DNA of 24,322 nucleotides from IMG/VR virus record IMGVR_UViG_3300011102_000288, positions 1-24,322 of that record. One strand, written 5' to 3'. The notes beneath the pieces are model-generated. The model saw only the letters and a program-made list of their open reading frames with translations. It ran no database searches and was not told the DNA's origin. Shown one piece after another: positions 24,322 through 24,322 of the stretch. The translations under genes and the position numbers were made by a program. How positions within the stretch are numbered: position 1 is the first letter of the stretch; every line of letters begins with the position of its first letter. This DNA is from a virus (Duplodnaviria > Caudoviricetes).

Positions 24322-24322
24322 C

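Overview
A 24.3-kb piece of a tailed dsDNA (siphovirus-like) phage or prophage, most likely of an alphaproteobacterial host (GcrA homologue, GTA-like tail tube and chaperone genes). It has two convergent arms that meet at 7563/7569. The + strand arm (1-7563) carries an AT/purine-skewed inverted-repeat region, a SNF2-type helicase with a LAGLIDADG intein in its Walker A motif, a run of small mosaic accessory genes joined by repeated leader/boundary sequences, a hexapeptide-repeat protein and a GcrA-like regulator. The - strand arm (24322-7569) is an HK97-type late operon: major capsid (partial), small post-capsid protein, Stealth-family phosphotransferase, VTH-repeat peptide, head fibre, portal, collagen-like protein, neck genes, tail tube, chaperone with a predicted -1 frameshift, tape measure (broken by two frameshifts), tail tip genes, tail fibre with a phosphodiester glycosidase (NAGPA-type) domain, and the lysis cassette. 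The most notable observation is a Stealth sugar-1-phosphate transferase translationally coupled into the head module next to Thr/Ser-rich small proteins, in a genome that also carries a phosphodiester glycosidase on its tail fibre. This suggests virion glyco-phosphate decoration and/or attack on a phosphodiester-linked capsule (inference). The Stealth gene has one in-frame TGA. All family calls are from motif recognition by eye; no database search was run.
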